Assembly: GCF_000737315.1 (NCBI RefSeq)
Contig: NZ_JMCB01000019.1
Location: 1-64,000 of the forward strand
Reading direction: 5' to 3'
Length of the DNA: 64,000 nt
Source of the DNA: Hyalangium minutum
GTDB lineage: Bacteria > Myxococcota > Myxococcia > Myxococcales > Myxococcaceae
The notes below the pieces were generated by a model that worked only from the letters and a program-made list of their open reading frames with translations, had not been told where the DNA came from and did not search any database. Shown one piece after another: positions 17,420 through 27,873 of the stretch (positions are counted from its first letter, which is position 1; each line of letters starts with the position of its first letter). Position numbers and translations under genes: made by a program.

Positions 17420-18534
17420 GCACGGCCCCTCTCAGCGCGGCGCTCGCGAAGAAGCGCGTCCTGGTGTGCGTCGGCTCGGGCGGCGTGGGGAAGACCACGG
17501 TGGCGGCCACGCTGGCACTGCGCTCGGCGGTGGAGGGCCGCTCCAGCCTGGTGTGCACGATTGACCCGGCCAAGCGGCTGGCCAACTCGCTGGGCCTGTC
17601 GGCGCTGGGCAACACGGAGACGCAGGTCCCCGCCCAGGTGCTCGAGGGGCTGGGGGTGAAGCCCAAGGCCTCGCTGCACGCGATGATGCTGGACATGAAG
17701 CAGACGTGGGACGACCTCATCACCCGGTTCGCCCCTCCCGACCAGCGCGAGCGCATCCTCTCGAACCGCTTCTACCAGGCGCTGTCCACGGCGCTGGCGG
17801 GCAGCCAGGAGTACATCGCGCTGGAGAAGCTCTGGGACCTGCGGCGCCGCAGCCAGTATGAGCTCATCGTCCTGGACACGCCGCCCACGGCGCACGCGCT
17901 GGACTTCCTGGACGCGCCCAACCGCATCCTGGACTTCTTGGACAACGAGGCGGCCAAGTGGCTGCTCACCCCGGCGCTGAAGGCGGGGAAGATCGGCCTG
18001 TCGCTGTTCAACCTGGGCAGCAGCTACATGGCGAAGACGCTCTCGAAGTTCACGGGGACGGAGACGCTCCAGGAGCTGTCCAGCTTCATGCTGGCGATCT
18101 CCTCCATGAACGAGGGCTTCCGCGAGCGCGCCCGAGGCGTGAAGGATCTGCTGAGGGATCCTCAGACGGGCTTCGTGCTCGTCACGGGGCCCCAGGTGGA
18201 GCGGCTCGACGAGGTGACGCACTTCCGCACGCTGCTGAAGCAGAACCAGATGGAGGTGCTGGCGCTGGTGGTGAACCGGGTGCACCCGCAGCCTCCGCCG
18301 TCGCTGTGGGACGATGCGGCCCGGCTGGCCACGGGCCGCCGTGCCAAGGTGGAGGAGACGCTGAAGGAGCTGAAGGTGCTGGCCGACCAGGACTCGGCGG
18401 CCATTACCCAGCTCTCGGCTGCTTGCCCGGACACACCGCTCATCCAGGTGCCCCGGTTCGAGCTGGACGTGCACGACCTCACCGCACTCTGGCGCACCGG
18501 ACGCTACCTCGTGGAAGAAGAGAAGATCCCCTGA
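17416..18534 (+). CDS. ArsA/Get3-family ATPase, subunit 2
   Basis: GSGGVGKTT, TIDPAKRL, LDTPPTAH. ATGA overlap with subunit 1. Confidence 0.88.
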   Translation: MSTAPLSAALAKKRVLVCVGSGGVGKTTVAATLALRSAVEGRSSLVCTIDPAKRLANSLGLSALGNTETQVPAQVLEGLGVKPKASLHAMMLDMKQTWDDLITRFAPPDQRERILSNRFYQALSTALAGSQEYIALEKLWDLRRRSQYELIVLDTPPTAHALDFLDAPNRILDFLDNEAAKWLLTPALKAGKIGLSLFNLGSSYMAKTLSKFTGTETLQELSSFMLAISSMNEGFRERARGVKDLLRDPQTGFVLVTGPQVERLDEVTHFRTLLKQNQMEVLALVVNRVHPQPPPSLWDDAARLATGRRAKVEETLKELKVLADQDSAAITQLSAACPDTPLIQVPRFELDVHDLTALWRTGRYLVEEEKIP

Positions 18535-18704
18535 CTCCTCGCCTGCTCTTGGAGACTTCTGTCGCGTGTCCACCGTTGAACCAGGCAGCCAGGAGAGCCA
18601 GAGGGCCTCAGGCGAATTAAGCTGGGCGCGCACACAAGCGGAACTCTGTGCGGGCCGATGCTGTCCGTGAGGGCGTCGGCTCGGAGAGAGCCTGGACGGA
18701 GAAC

Positions 18705-19868
18705 ATGAGCAAGAGGACGCACATGTCGGGCACATGGCGATGGTGGGTCTTGGTGGGCTCGGTGGGGCTGGTGGGCCTGACGGGCTGCCGGACCACGGGG
18801 ACGGCGATCCGCGAGGACACGAAGCATCCGCGGCAGGAGATCCAGTTCGATCCGGTAGAGGTGACGGCGGATCTGGAGCTGGAAAAGCTGAACGACGAGG
18901 AGCTCTTCGCGGGCGGCACGTCGGCGTTCGCGGCAGGGGACTTCAAGCAGGCGGCGCGGTACTTCGGGCGCCTGGTGGACTTCCACCCGCAGAGCAAGCA
19001 CCGGAACGAGGCGCTCTACAACGCGGGGCTCTCGCACCAGCGGCTCAAGGAGTGGGAGGAGGCTTACCACCGCTTCGCGGAGCTGGCGGACGCAGAGAAG
19101 GGCCAGGGCGACGCGCTGGAGTCGGCCTTCCGGGTGGCGGAGACGCTGTACCACCTGGAGCGCTTCAGTGACGCCGTGAAGATGCTCACCACCCTGGCCC
19201 ATCGGCAGGACATCCCCGTGGGCCGGCGGATGGAGGCGCGGGTGCAGCAGGGCATCTGCGAGCTGGAGCTGGGCCAGAAAGAGCAGTCCGAGAACACGCT
19301 GCGCAAGGCGCTCAGCGACTACGAGTCGCTCTCGGACAAGGACGAGGTGGAGGACTACTTCCCGGCCCAGGCGCACTTCTTCATCGGGGAGGTCTACCGG
19401 CTGCACTACGAGGAGGTGAAGCTGGATCCGGCGAAGGGCACGGACAAGCTGGCCGAGGACCTGAACTACAAGGCCGAGCTGCTGCTGTCGGCGCAGGGGC
19501 ACTACCTGCGGTCGATCAAAGTGGGCAACGGATACTGGGCCACGGCAGCGGGCGCGCAGATCGGCGCGATGTACGAGAACCTGTACGACCACATGGTGAA
19601 CACGCCGGCGCCGCCGGAGCTGGATGCGGAGGAGGCGCAGGTGTACCGGCAGGAGCTGCGCAAGAAGATCCGCGTGCTGCTGACCAAGTCGATCAACATC
19701 TACGAGCGGACGCTGGAGGCGGCCGAGCGCATCGGCTCGCAGAACGCCTTCGTGGATCGGACACGGGAGAGCCTGCGCAAGGTGCGCGAGCTGCTGCTGG
19801 CGGATGCGGACGGCGAGCAGGACGCGGAGCCACCGCCGGAGAAGCCCAAGCCCAAGCCGCACTCCTGA
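18705..19868 (+). CDS. TPR lipoprotein
   Basis: Lipobox LTGC and multiple TPR-like repeats (EALYNAGL, SAFRVAETLY, AQAHFFIGEVY). Confidence 0.8.
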   Translation: MSKRTHMSGTWRWWVLVGSVGLVGLTGCRTTGTAIREDTKHPRQEIQFDPVEVTADLELEKLNDEELFAGGTSAFAAGDFKQAARYFGRLVDFHPQSKHRNEALYNAGLSHQRLKEWEEAYHRFAELADAEKGQGDALESAFRVAETLYHLERFSDAVKMLTTLAHRQDIPVGRRMEARVQQGICELELGQKEQSENTLRKALSDYESLSDKDEVEDYFPAQAHFFIGEVYRLHYEEVKLDPAKGTDKLAEDLNYKAELLLSAQGHYLRSIKVGNGYWATAAGAQIGAMYENLYDHMVNTPAPPELDAEEAQVYRQELRKKIRVLLTKSINIYERTLEAAERIGSQNAFVDRTRESLRKVRELLLADADGEQDAEPPPEKPKPKPHS

Positions 19869-19934
19869 GCGAAGGCGCTGGGTGGGGGTGGCTGGGCACC
19901 ACGGGGCCAAACGGCATAGCCTCTGGCCCTGTCC

Positions 19935-21131
19935 ATGGAGCCCATCTTCACCGCTGAGCAGCTCGCCGAGATCAAGGCGTACCACCTGCCGTATTACATC
20001 CGCTCGGGGCTCAATCCGTTCCTGCTGCTGGGGTATCTGGCACTGGTGCTCGGCCCTCTGAATGGGCCTTTTTACCGCTTCGCTCAGCGGCTGGCCGGGT
20101 GGCTCGACAACCACTTGGGATTCCTGCGACGGGCCCCCGTGCTCCGCGTGGTCTTCCAGGTGCTGGACAAGCTCTGGGGCGAGACGGGCTGGGGCACAGC
20201 GCTGCTGTTCGGGCTCTGCGTCGACCTGACCTACAAGCTCGTCTTCCTGCCGGCGGACATCTACTTCGGCTACATCCTCGAGCACCGCTACGGCATGTCG
20301 ACGTACACGCCGCTGACCTTCGCCAAGGATGAGCTCAAGGACGTGCTGGCGGGGGTGGTGCTCGTCTGCTCGCTGGTGCTCGGCGTCTACGGCCTGGCGA
20401 GGCGCGTGCGGCGCTGGTGGCTCGTGCTGGGCGTGCCGATGGCTGTGCTCCTCCTGCTGGTCTCCTCGGTGCTCGACCCGTACCGCAGCCGCGCCTACTT
20501 CGATCAGGAGCCGCTGGAAGCAGGCCCGCTCCGCACCCACATGACCGAGCTGCTGGCGCGTGCGGACATCACCTTCGCGGACATCCTGGTGGAGAAGACG
20601 TCGGTGGCCTCGAAACGGGTGCAGGCCTACTTCGCGGGCCAGGGCCCCACGCGCACCATCGTGCTCAACGACGTGCTGCTTCAGCAGTTCTCTGAGGGAG
20701 AGATCCTCGCGGCAGTGGCGCATGAGGCAGGCCACGTGAACGAGGCCCAGTGGCCCAACCGGATCGCCTCGGCGCTCGCGCTGGTGGCCTTCCTCTTCGT
20801 CATCGACTGGCTCTTGCGGCGAGCGGCGGCGCGGGGTTGGTTCGGCGCAATGCGCTTCGCGGACATCCGCACCCTGCCGCTGATCTCGCTGCTGTACTTC
20901 TCGGTGATGCTGACGGCGGCGCCGGTGTCCGCCGCGTTCTCCCGGGAGCGGGAGCGCGAGGCCGACCGTTATGCCCTGCGCCTCACGAAAGACCCTGCCA
21001 CGTTCCGCCAGATGCTGGTGAAGGCCGCGCGGGTGAACAAGATGGACCCCGAGCCTCCGCGTTGGATCGTCATCAAGGGCCTGACCCACCCGCCCGTCGG
21101 AGAGCGCATCTCCGATATCTCCGTGCCCTGA
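19935..21131 (+). CDS. M48-family (Ste24/HtpX-like) membrane metallopeptidase
   Basis: HEAGH, SREREREADRYA, THPPVGERI and several TM helices. Confidence 0.88.
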   Translation: MEPIFTAEQLAEIKAYHLPYYIRSGLNPFLLLGYLALVLGPLNGPFYRFAQRLAGWLDNHLGFLRRAPVLRVVFQVLDKLWGETGWGTALLFGLCVDLTYKLVFLPADIYFGYILEHRYGMSTYTPLTFAKDELKDVLAGVVLVCSLVLGVYGLARRVRRWWLVLGVPMAVLLLLVSSVLDPYRSRAYFDQEPLEAGPLRTHMTELLARADITFADILVEKTSVASKRVQAYFAGQGPTRTIVLNDVLLQQFSEGEILAAVAHEAGHVNEAQWPNRIASALALVAFLFVIDWLLRRAAARGWFGAMRFADIRTLPLISLLYFSVMLTAAPVSAAFSREREREADRYALRLTKDPATFRQMLVKAARVNKMDPEPPRWIVIKGLTHPPVGERISDISVP

Positions 21132-21259
21132 AAAACGCAGCAGGTGGGCGGGCCGCTGCCCTGCCCAGCCTCCACCTGGCCCCCCACCCGCTGCTCCGCC
21201 GGCACCGCGTCACGGCCCGGCGGTCCCCTCGACCACCCCCCTCCTGCCCTACCGCGACG

Positions 21260-21745
21260 CTACGCCTGCGGGCTGCCCTTCAGCTTCTCCACCGCCACGA
21301 GCGTGATGGCCTTCACCAGCGCCTTGGCGCGGCGGCCCGCCACAGTGGTGCCGTGGGGATCCGCTTCCACGGCGTTGGCCACATCGGTGAAGCCCTGGCG
21401 CAGCCCCTGGCGCAGGTAGAGCTCGCCCCGGTTGACGAGTGCCACGGGGTTGTGCGGGTCGCGCTCGAGCGCGGCGCTGTACTCGGTGATGGCGTCCTGC
21501 AGGCGGCCCAGCTTCTGGTACACGGTGCCGAGCGCCGCGCGGCTCGCCGAGTCCTTCGGGTTGCCCGCGACGAGCCCCTCGAAGAGGACTCGTGCCTCTT
21601 CGTACCGGCCCGCAGCGGCGAGCTCACAGCCCACCTGGGCAATGGCCTTGGCTTCCTCAAAGGTCATGCCTTCGACTTCGGCCCAAGTCACCTCGCCCCG
21701 AGCGAACGCCTTCAGCTTCACCACCGTCTCGTTCTGGATCTCCAT
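21260..21745 (-). CDS. TPR protein resembling SycD/LcrH class II type III secretion chaperones
   Basis: About 160 aa, three TPRs (GRYEEARVLFEGL, AALGTVYQKLG, ALVNRGELYL). AAGGAG RBS, 42 nt after the upstream gene. Confidence 0.7.
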   Translation of the reverse strand: MEIQNETVVKLKAFARGEVTWAEVEGMTFEEAKAIAQVGCELAAAGRYEEARVLFEGLVAGNPKDSASRAALGTVYQKLGRLQDAITEYSAALERDPHNPVALVNRGELYLRQGLRQGFTDVANAVEADPHGTTVAGRRAKALVKAITLVAVEKLKGSPQA

Positions 21746-21787
21746 TGTCGTGTCTCCTTGGTATTTGATGACGCGTCCCATGGCGGT

Positions 21788-22954
21788 TCAGGCCCGGCCC
21801 AGGTTCTGGATGGCCTGCTTGGCCATCTCGTTGAACTTTGAAGAGATGTTGCTCATGAGGTCGAACATCTGTTTGCGCTTCTCCATGAGCTTCTGGAGAC
21901 GCAGGTTCAGCTGTTCCATGGTCGTCTCGAGCTTGGCCGCGCGGGTGCGGCCCGACTCGTCGGTGCCGAGCTTGGCGCGCTCGTCACGGGCGTTGGACAT
22001 CTCCTTCATCACGTCGAGGATCTCGTCATCAGTGTCCTGGGTGATGAGCGTGAGGAGCGCCTGGAGCTTCTCCTCCATGCTCATGTTCGGGCTGTTGATG
22101 ATGTCGCTCACGCTGCTGGAGGGCCGACCACAGCCACCAGGCTTCGGAGCCGGAGCGCTCTCCACGGGGGGTGAGGGCTGACCGGTCGACGGCGGCTTGG
22201 TCTCCACGGGGGTGCCCGGAGTGCCCGGATTGGAGGGAGTGCCCACCGGAGGCGGCTTGGCCGGGCATGACGGGGTGCCCGGAGTGCCCGGGTTGGAGGG
22301 AGTGCCCACCGGAGGCGGCTTGGCCGGGCATGACGTGGAGGGCTGGCGCACGCCGTACTGGGCGATGTCGTCGTTCACCTTCTTCAGCGCGCGCTGCACA
22401 TCGAGCTGGCTGATGGTGCCATCGGCTGAGCCACCCTTGCCGGCGGTATCGAGCATGTTGCGGTACTCGGGGTGCTCGAGCAGGAAACGGGCAGCGCTGC
22501 GCAGCTCGGGGGAGAGGTTCGGGTTCTCGGCGGCCTTCTGGAGCGTGCTCAGGTCGAACTTCGAGTTCTGCTTGCTGTTGAGCGTGTCGAGCATGCCGAA
22601 GTTGGCGGCGATGGTGCGGAGCGCCTCCTGGTACTGAAGGACGCTGGGCTCCAGGTAGCCCGTGCTGGCGGCGGAGGCCGCCTGCTGCTTGGCAGGCGCA
22701 TAACCCTCCTGGGCCTTGGCGGCGTCCTGGGCGGGGTAGAACTCGGTCTGGGCGGCGGGATTCTTCGTGAGCTCCGAGACGACGCCGAGGGCGCCGCTGG
22801 CAGCCATCATGACGTTACCCGTGAGGGCACCGGCGGCGGCCTTGATGGAGTTGGTCAACAGCGGGGGAAGACCGAGCTTATCGCCCGCGAAGTCGACGAT
22901 GGTGGCCATGGGACCGGCCAACGTGTTCACAGCATTTTTGATGAAGTCGAGCAT
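21788..22954 (-). CDS. Putative type III-secreted translocator/filament-like protein
   Basis: Amphipathic N-terminus. PELRSAARFLLEHP...LDTAGKGGSADGTIS segment (NolX/HrpF-like). Pro-rich linker. C-terminal LQKLMEKRKQMFDLMSNISSKFNEMAKQAIQNL (EspA/Bsp22-like). Resemblance judged by eye. Confidence 0.55.
   Translation of the reverse strand: MLDFIKNAVNTLAGPMATIVDFAGDKLGLPPLLTNSIKAAAGALTGNVMMAASGALGVVSELTKNPAAQTEFYPAQDAAKAQEGYAPAKQQAASAASTGYLEPSVLQYQEALRTIAANFGMLDTLNSKQNSKFDLSTLQKAAENPNLSPELRSAARFLLEHPEYRNMLDTAGKGGSADGTISQLDVQRALKKVNDDIAQYGVRQPSTSCPAKPPPVGTPSNPGTPGTPSCPAKPPPVGTPSNPGTPGTPVETKPPSTGQPSPPVESAPAPKPGGCGRPSSSVSDIINSPNMSMEEKLQALLTLITQDTDDEILDVMKEMSNARDERAKLGTDESGRTRAAKLETTMEQLNLRLQKLMEKRKQMFDLMSNISSKFNEMAKQAIQNLGRA
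22209..22334. repeat. 63-bp in-frame tandem duplication (SCPAKPPPVGTPSNPGTPGTP x2)
   Basis: Copies at 22209-22271 and 22272-22334 differ at one base. Confidence 0.92.
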
Positions 22955-23159
22955 GTTGCCTCCCGCGCGGAGGGTTGAAGGTTGAGAGGCGAAGCGCCGC
23001 GCGATGGGAGGGCCCACTTGCAGGGAGAATGCCGAGGCCTTCGGATGCCCCCCACCCAACGAAATCAGGCGGTTAGGTTCGGCACCGAACGAGCCCTCCG
23101 TCTCCGGCCGCGGACGGTGGGGGTCCACGGCGGGGGACTGCGATTAGAGTCCCCGGCCC

Positions 23160-23621
23160 ATGCGGACCCTGGGGCTGGACGTGGGAACGAAGACAGTGGG
23201 GGTGGCGGTATCGGACGGGCTGGGGCTGACGGCCCAGGCGGTGACGACGATCCGGCGCACGAACCTGAAGGCGGATCTGGCAGCGCTGGCGGAGCTGGCG
23301 CGAGAGCACGAGGCCTCACGCGTCGTGGTGGGGTTGCCTCTGAACATGGATGGAAGCGAGGGTCCCCGAGCAGAGGCGTCCCGGAAGTTCGCCGAAGTGG
23401 TGAGCCAGGCATTGGGGCTGCCGGTGGAGTTCTGGGACGAGCGCCTGTCGACCGTGGCGGCGGAGCGAACGCTGTTGGAAGCAGACCTGACGCGAGCCAA
23501 GCGGCGCCAGGTCATCGATCAGGTGGCGGCGCAGTTCATCTTGCAGGGGTGGCTGGACGCCCGTCGTTCCCAGTCCGACGTGCACGCGGACGACTTTGAT
23601 CTGGATCCACATGAGATGTGA
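23160..23621 (+). CDS. ruvX: Holliday junction resolvase RuvX / YqgF
   Basis: LGLDVGTKTVGVAVSD, VVGLPLNMDGS, WDERLST, IDQVAAQFILQGWL. Confidence 0.95.
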   Translation: MRTLGLDVGTKTVGVAVSDGLGLTAQAVTTIRRTNLKADLAALAELAREHEASRVVVGLPLNMDGSEGPRAEASRKFAEVVSQALGLPVEFWDERLSTVAAERTLLEADLTRAKRRQVIDQVAAQFILQGWLDARRSQSDVHADDFDLDPHEM

Positions 23622-23643
23622 ATCCCGGGAGAGCGGGACGGCC

Positions 23644-23683
23644 GGTGCGGGAGGACCCGTCCGCTGACGGGGGGACCCGCACC
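23644..23683. terminator. Long hairpin between convergent ruvX and glycosyltransferase genes
   Basis: GGTGCGGG/CCCGCACC outer stem, AGGA/GGGA internal loop, CCCGTC/GACGGG inner stem, CGCT loop. Confidence 0.55.
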
Positions 23684-23714
23684 GAGCCGAGGGACCCGCG
23701 ACCTGTGAGCCCGT

Positions 23715-25307
23715 CTACTGTGCTTGCTTCCGGAGATACACGTGAACTGGGGCGGAGAAGCCGTCCTGTTCCACATAGAGGACGTCCCCGAGCATCAAGG
23801 TGCGTCCCTCGAGCTTCACCGACGGCTCCCGAGTCAATGCGCCCCCATCGAAGCGCACGAGGAACTCGGGCTGCGCCTGTTCGAACCGCTGGCGGAACTC
23901 GGGCCACCGCATGCGCACCACGCGCTCATCCGGCAGCCCGACAAAGAACCCCAGCTGCAGATCCAGGTACCGGTCATCACTGTCGAGCACCAGCGACTTG
24001 CCCTTCTCCGTCACCTCGGCCTTGAGCCAGCGCGCCGCCTGCATCAGCGGCTGAGGATTCGTGGAGGTCGGGCTCACCGGCCGCAGCGCGTCACGCCAGC
24101 GTCCATCCGCGCGGAAGGTGGACACCCCCAGCGTCACCGGCATCACCACCGCCAGAGCAATACTGCCCCCCGCGACCACCTGGCGGGCCCGCTCTCCCCA
24201 AGCGCGTGCACACGCTTGAGCCCCCAGCGCCACGAACGGCAGCAGCAGGACCACCTGCGTCACCGTGAAGCGCCCCAGCGGAACGAAGTTGAACAGCACA
24301 GCCGCTCGGAACGTGTAGTACGCCGCAGGAATGAGCGCCGCGAGCACCAGCCACCGCAGCTCCAGCCGCTCGCGCCAGGCCTTCCACATCCCCGCCATCC
24401 CTAGCAGCGCCACCCCCGGCGTGAGCGTGAAGAGCGCCATCGCCGGCCAGAACCCCAGCCCCTGCACCCGCATCCACAGGCCCTTGCCTCCACCGCCCGA
24501 GCTCGCCACCCAGCCCCGGTGGAACTCATCGATATAAGAGATGGGATAGAGCGGGTCGCCGTGCGCCAGCTCGTTGCCCTGCATCCACCACAGCGGGAAC
24601 GGCAGGCACAGCAGCCCAAACGCCACCGCCATCGTCACCCCCGCCACCTTGTCCTTCCGCCACAGCAGCGGCATCACCGCCAACAGCGGAACGTACATCC
24701 ACGCGTCGTACCGCAGCGCGCACGCCAGGTTCAGCACCATCGCCGCCCCAAAGAGCGGCCCGAACCGGTTCTCTTCCAGCGCCTGCGCGAAGAGCGCGAA
24801 CACCCAGAGCATGAAGAAGAGCGCCACCGCCTCGCTCGCCGCCGTCGTGGACAGCTGCAGGTGCAGGCCCCAGGCGGAGAAGGCCAGGCACGCCCACACC
24901 CCCGCCCGCCAACCCCAGTACCGCCGCGTCAGCGCGAACAGCGGCACCACGGACAGCACACCGAACAGCAGGCTCACCGCCCGCCCCGCATGCTCCCGAT
25001 CCACCGCCTTCAACACCGCGCCCACCATGTACAGGTGCAGCGGCCCGAACTGCTGAGCCCCATCCCCGAACGAGCGGATGAGGCGCGGCTCCTTCAGCCA
25101 CCGCTCCGCCAGCTCCGTCCTCACCACCGCGTCCCCGTACAGGTTCTCGTTCACCGGGAACACCACCAGCCGAGGAACCAGCGCCGCCACCAGCAACAAC
25201 CCCAGCAGCAGCCGAGGGCTCGGCTCACGCTCGGGCTCCGGCACTGCCGACAACAAGGGCTCGGGTCCAGGGGAAACAGCAGAGACAGGAGAGGAGGCAG
25301 ACGTCAT
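23715..25307 (-). CDS. GT-C (ArnT/PMT, GT39-like) membrane glycosyltransferase
   Basis: Multi-TM. GDAVVR acidic first loop, GPLHLY, SEAVALFF, LRYDAW. Confidence 0.8.
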   Translation of the reverse strand: MTSASSPVSAVSPGPEPLLSAVPEPEREPSPRLLLGLLLVAALVPRLVVFPVNENLYGDAVVRTELAERWLKEPRLIRSFGDGAQQFGPLHLYMVGAVLKAVDREHAGRAVSLLFGVLSVVPLFALTRRYWGWRAGVWACLAFSAWGLHLQLSTTAASEAVALFFMLWVFALFAQALEENRFGPLFGAAMVLNLACALRYDAWMYVPLLAVMPLLWRKDKVAGVTMAVAFGLLCLPFPLWWMQGNELAHGDPLYPISYIDEFHRGWVASSGGGGKGLWMRVQGLGFWPAMALFTLTPGVALLGMAGMWKAWRERLELRWLVLAALIPAAYYTFRAAVLFNFVPLGRFTVTQVVLLLPFVALGAQACARAWGERARQVVAGGSIALAVVMPVTLGVSTFRADGRWRDALRPVSPTSTNPQPLMQAARWLKAEVTEKGKSLVLDSDDRYLDLQLGFFVGLPDERVVRMRWPEFRQRFEQAQPEFLVRFDGGALTREPSVKLEGRTLMLGDVLYVEQDGFSAPVHVYLRKQAQ

Positions 25308-25807
25308 GGAGGCGCCGGAGGATACGCAGGCAGTGCTCAAAACCAAGCAACCCTCGCCCCCTTGCCCACCCTGCGGCCCCTCTGGGACAGCTGTCCTACC
25401 TCGCCCCCTAACACTCCAAGTGGACGGGTTGCGCGTCACCGCGACCCGCCGTTATGTCCATCCTCATGAGACATCACCCCACAGTGGGTCTCCGGAACGC
25501 CGGAAAGTCCGGCCCTGGACGTTCACTCCTGGGGGGATGACCCGCTGGACCCTACCCCCCGGGGCTGGGGTCCTTATAATCAAGCTGCCTATTCACCCCG
25601 TGGAGGGTGTGCCTACCCGTGGCACCCCCGACACGTGCTGACCACGCGGTCCCACTCCGCGGCGGGGTCCCGAATTGGCGCCAGGAGCCTTTTTCGCCTG
25701 GGACCCGCTGGCGGGGTGATCGGAATGGCGATCACCACCCCCAGGTTCAAAATTCTGGCCCCCCGTGTGCGCGACTCCCGCGCCCTCGGGAGCCCCGAGG
25801 GAGAGAC

Positions 25808-27871
<2,064 letters not shown>

Positions 27872-27873
27872 CC

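Noticed and set aside
16505-18534. Arsenic resistance interpretation of the ArsA genes
   Set aside because: No arsB, arsC, arsD or arsR nearby, and the metal-binding Cys residues of true ArsA are not evident.
23060-23100. PIP-box (TTCGB-N15-TTCGB) upstream of the T3SS-like gene
   Set aside because: The two TTCG half-sites are 21 nt apart. Only a 14-bp palindrome GTTCGG-CA-CCGAAC (23078-23091) remains, too short to interpret.
25499-25520. GGAAAGTCCGG, resembling the RNase P RNA P4 motif
   Set aside because: The other universal elements (AGTGCNACAG region, 3' ACANAANNCGGCTTA) are absent downstream.
25620-25640. sigma54 promoter for prkA (TGGCAC...GTGCT)
   Set aside because: GG-to-GC spacing is not 10 nt.
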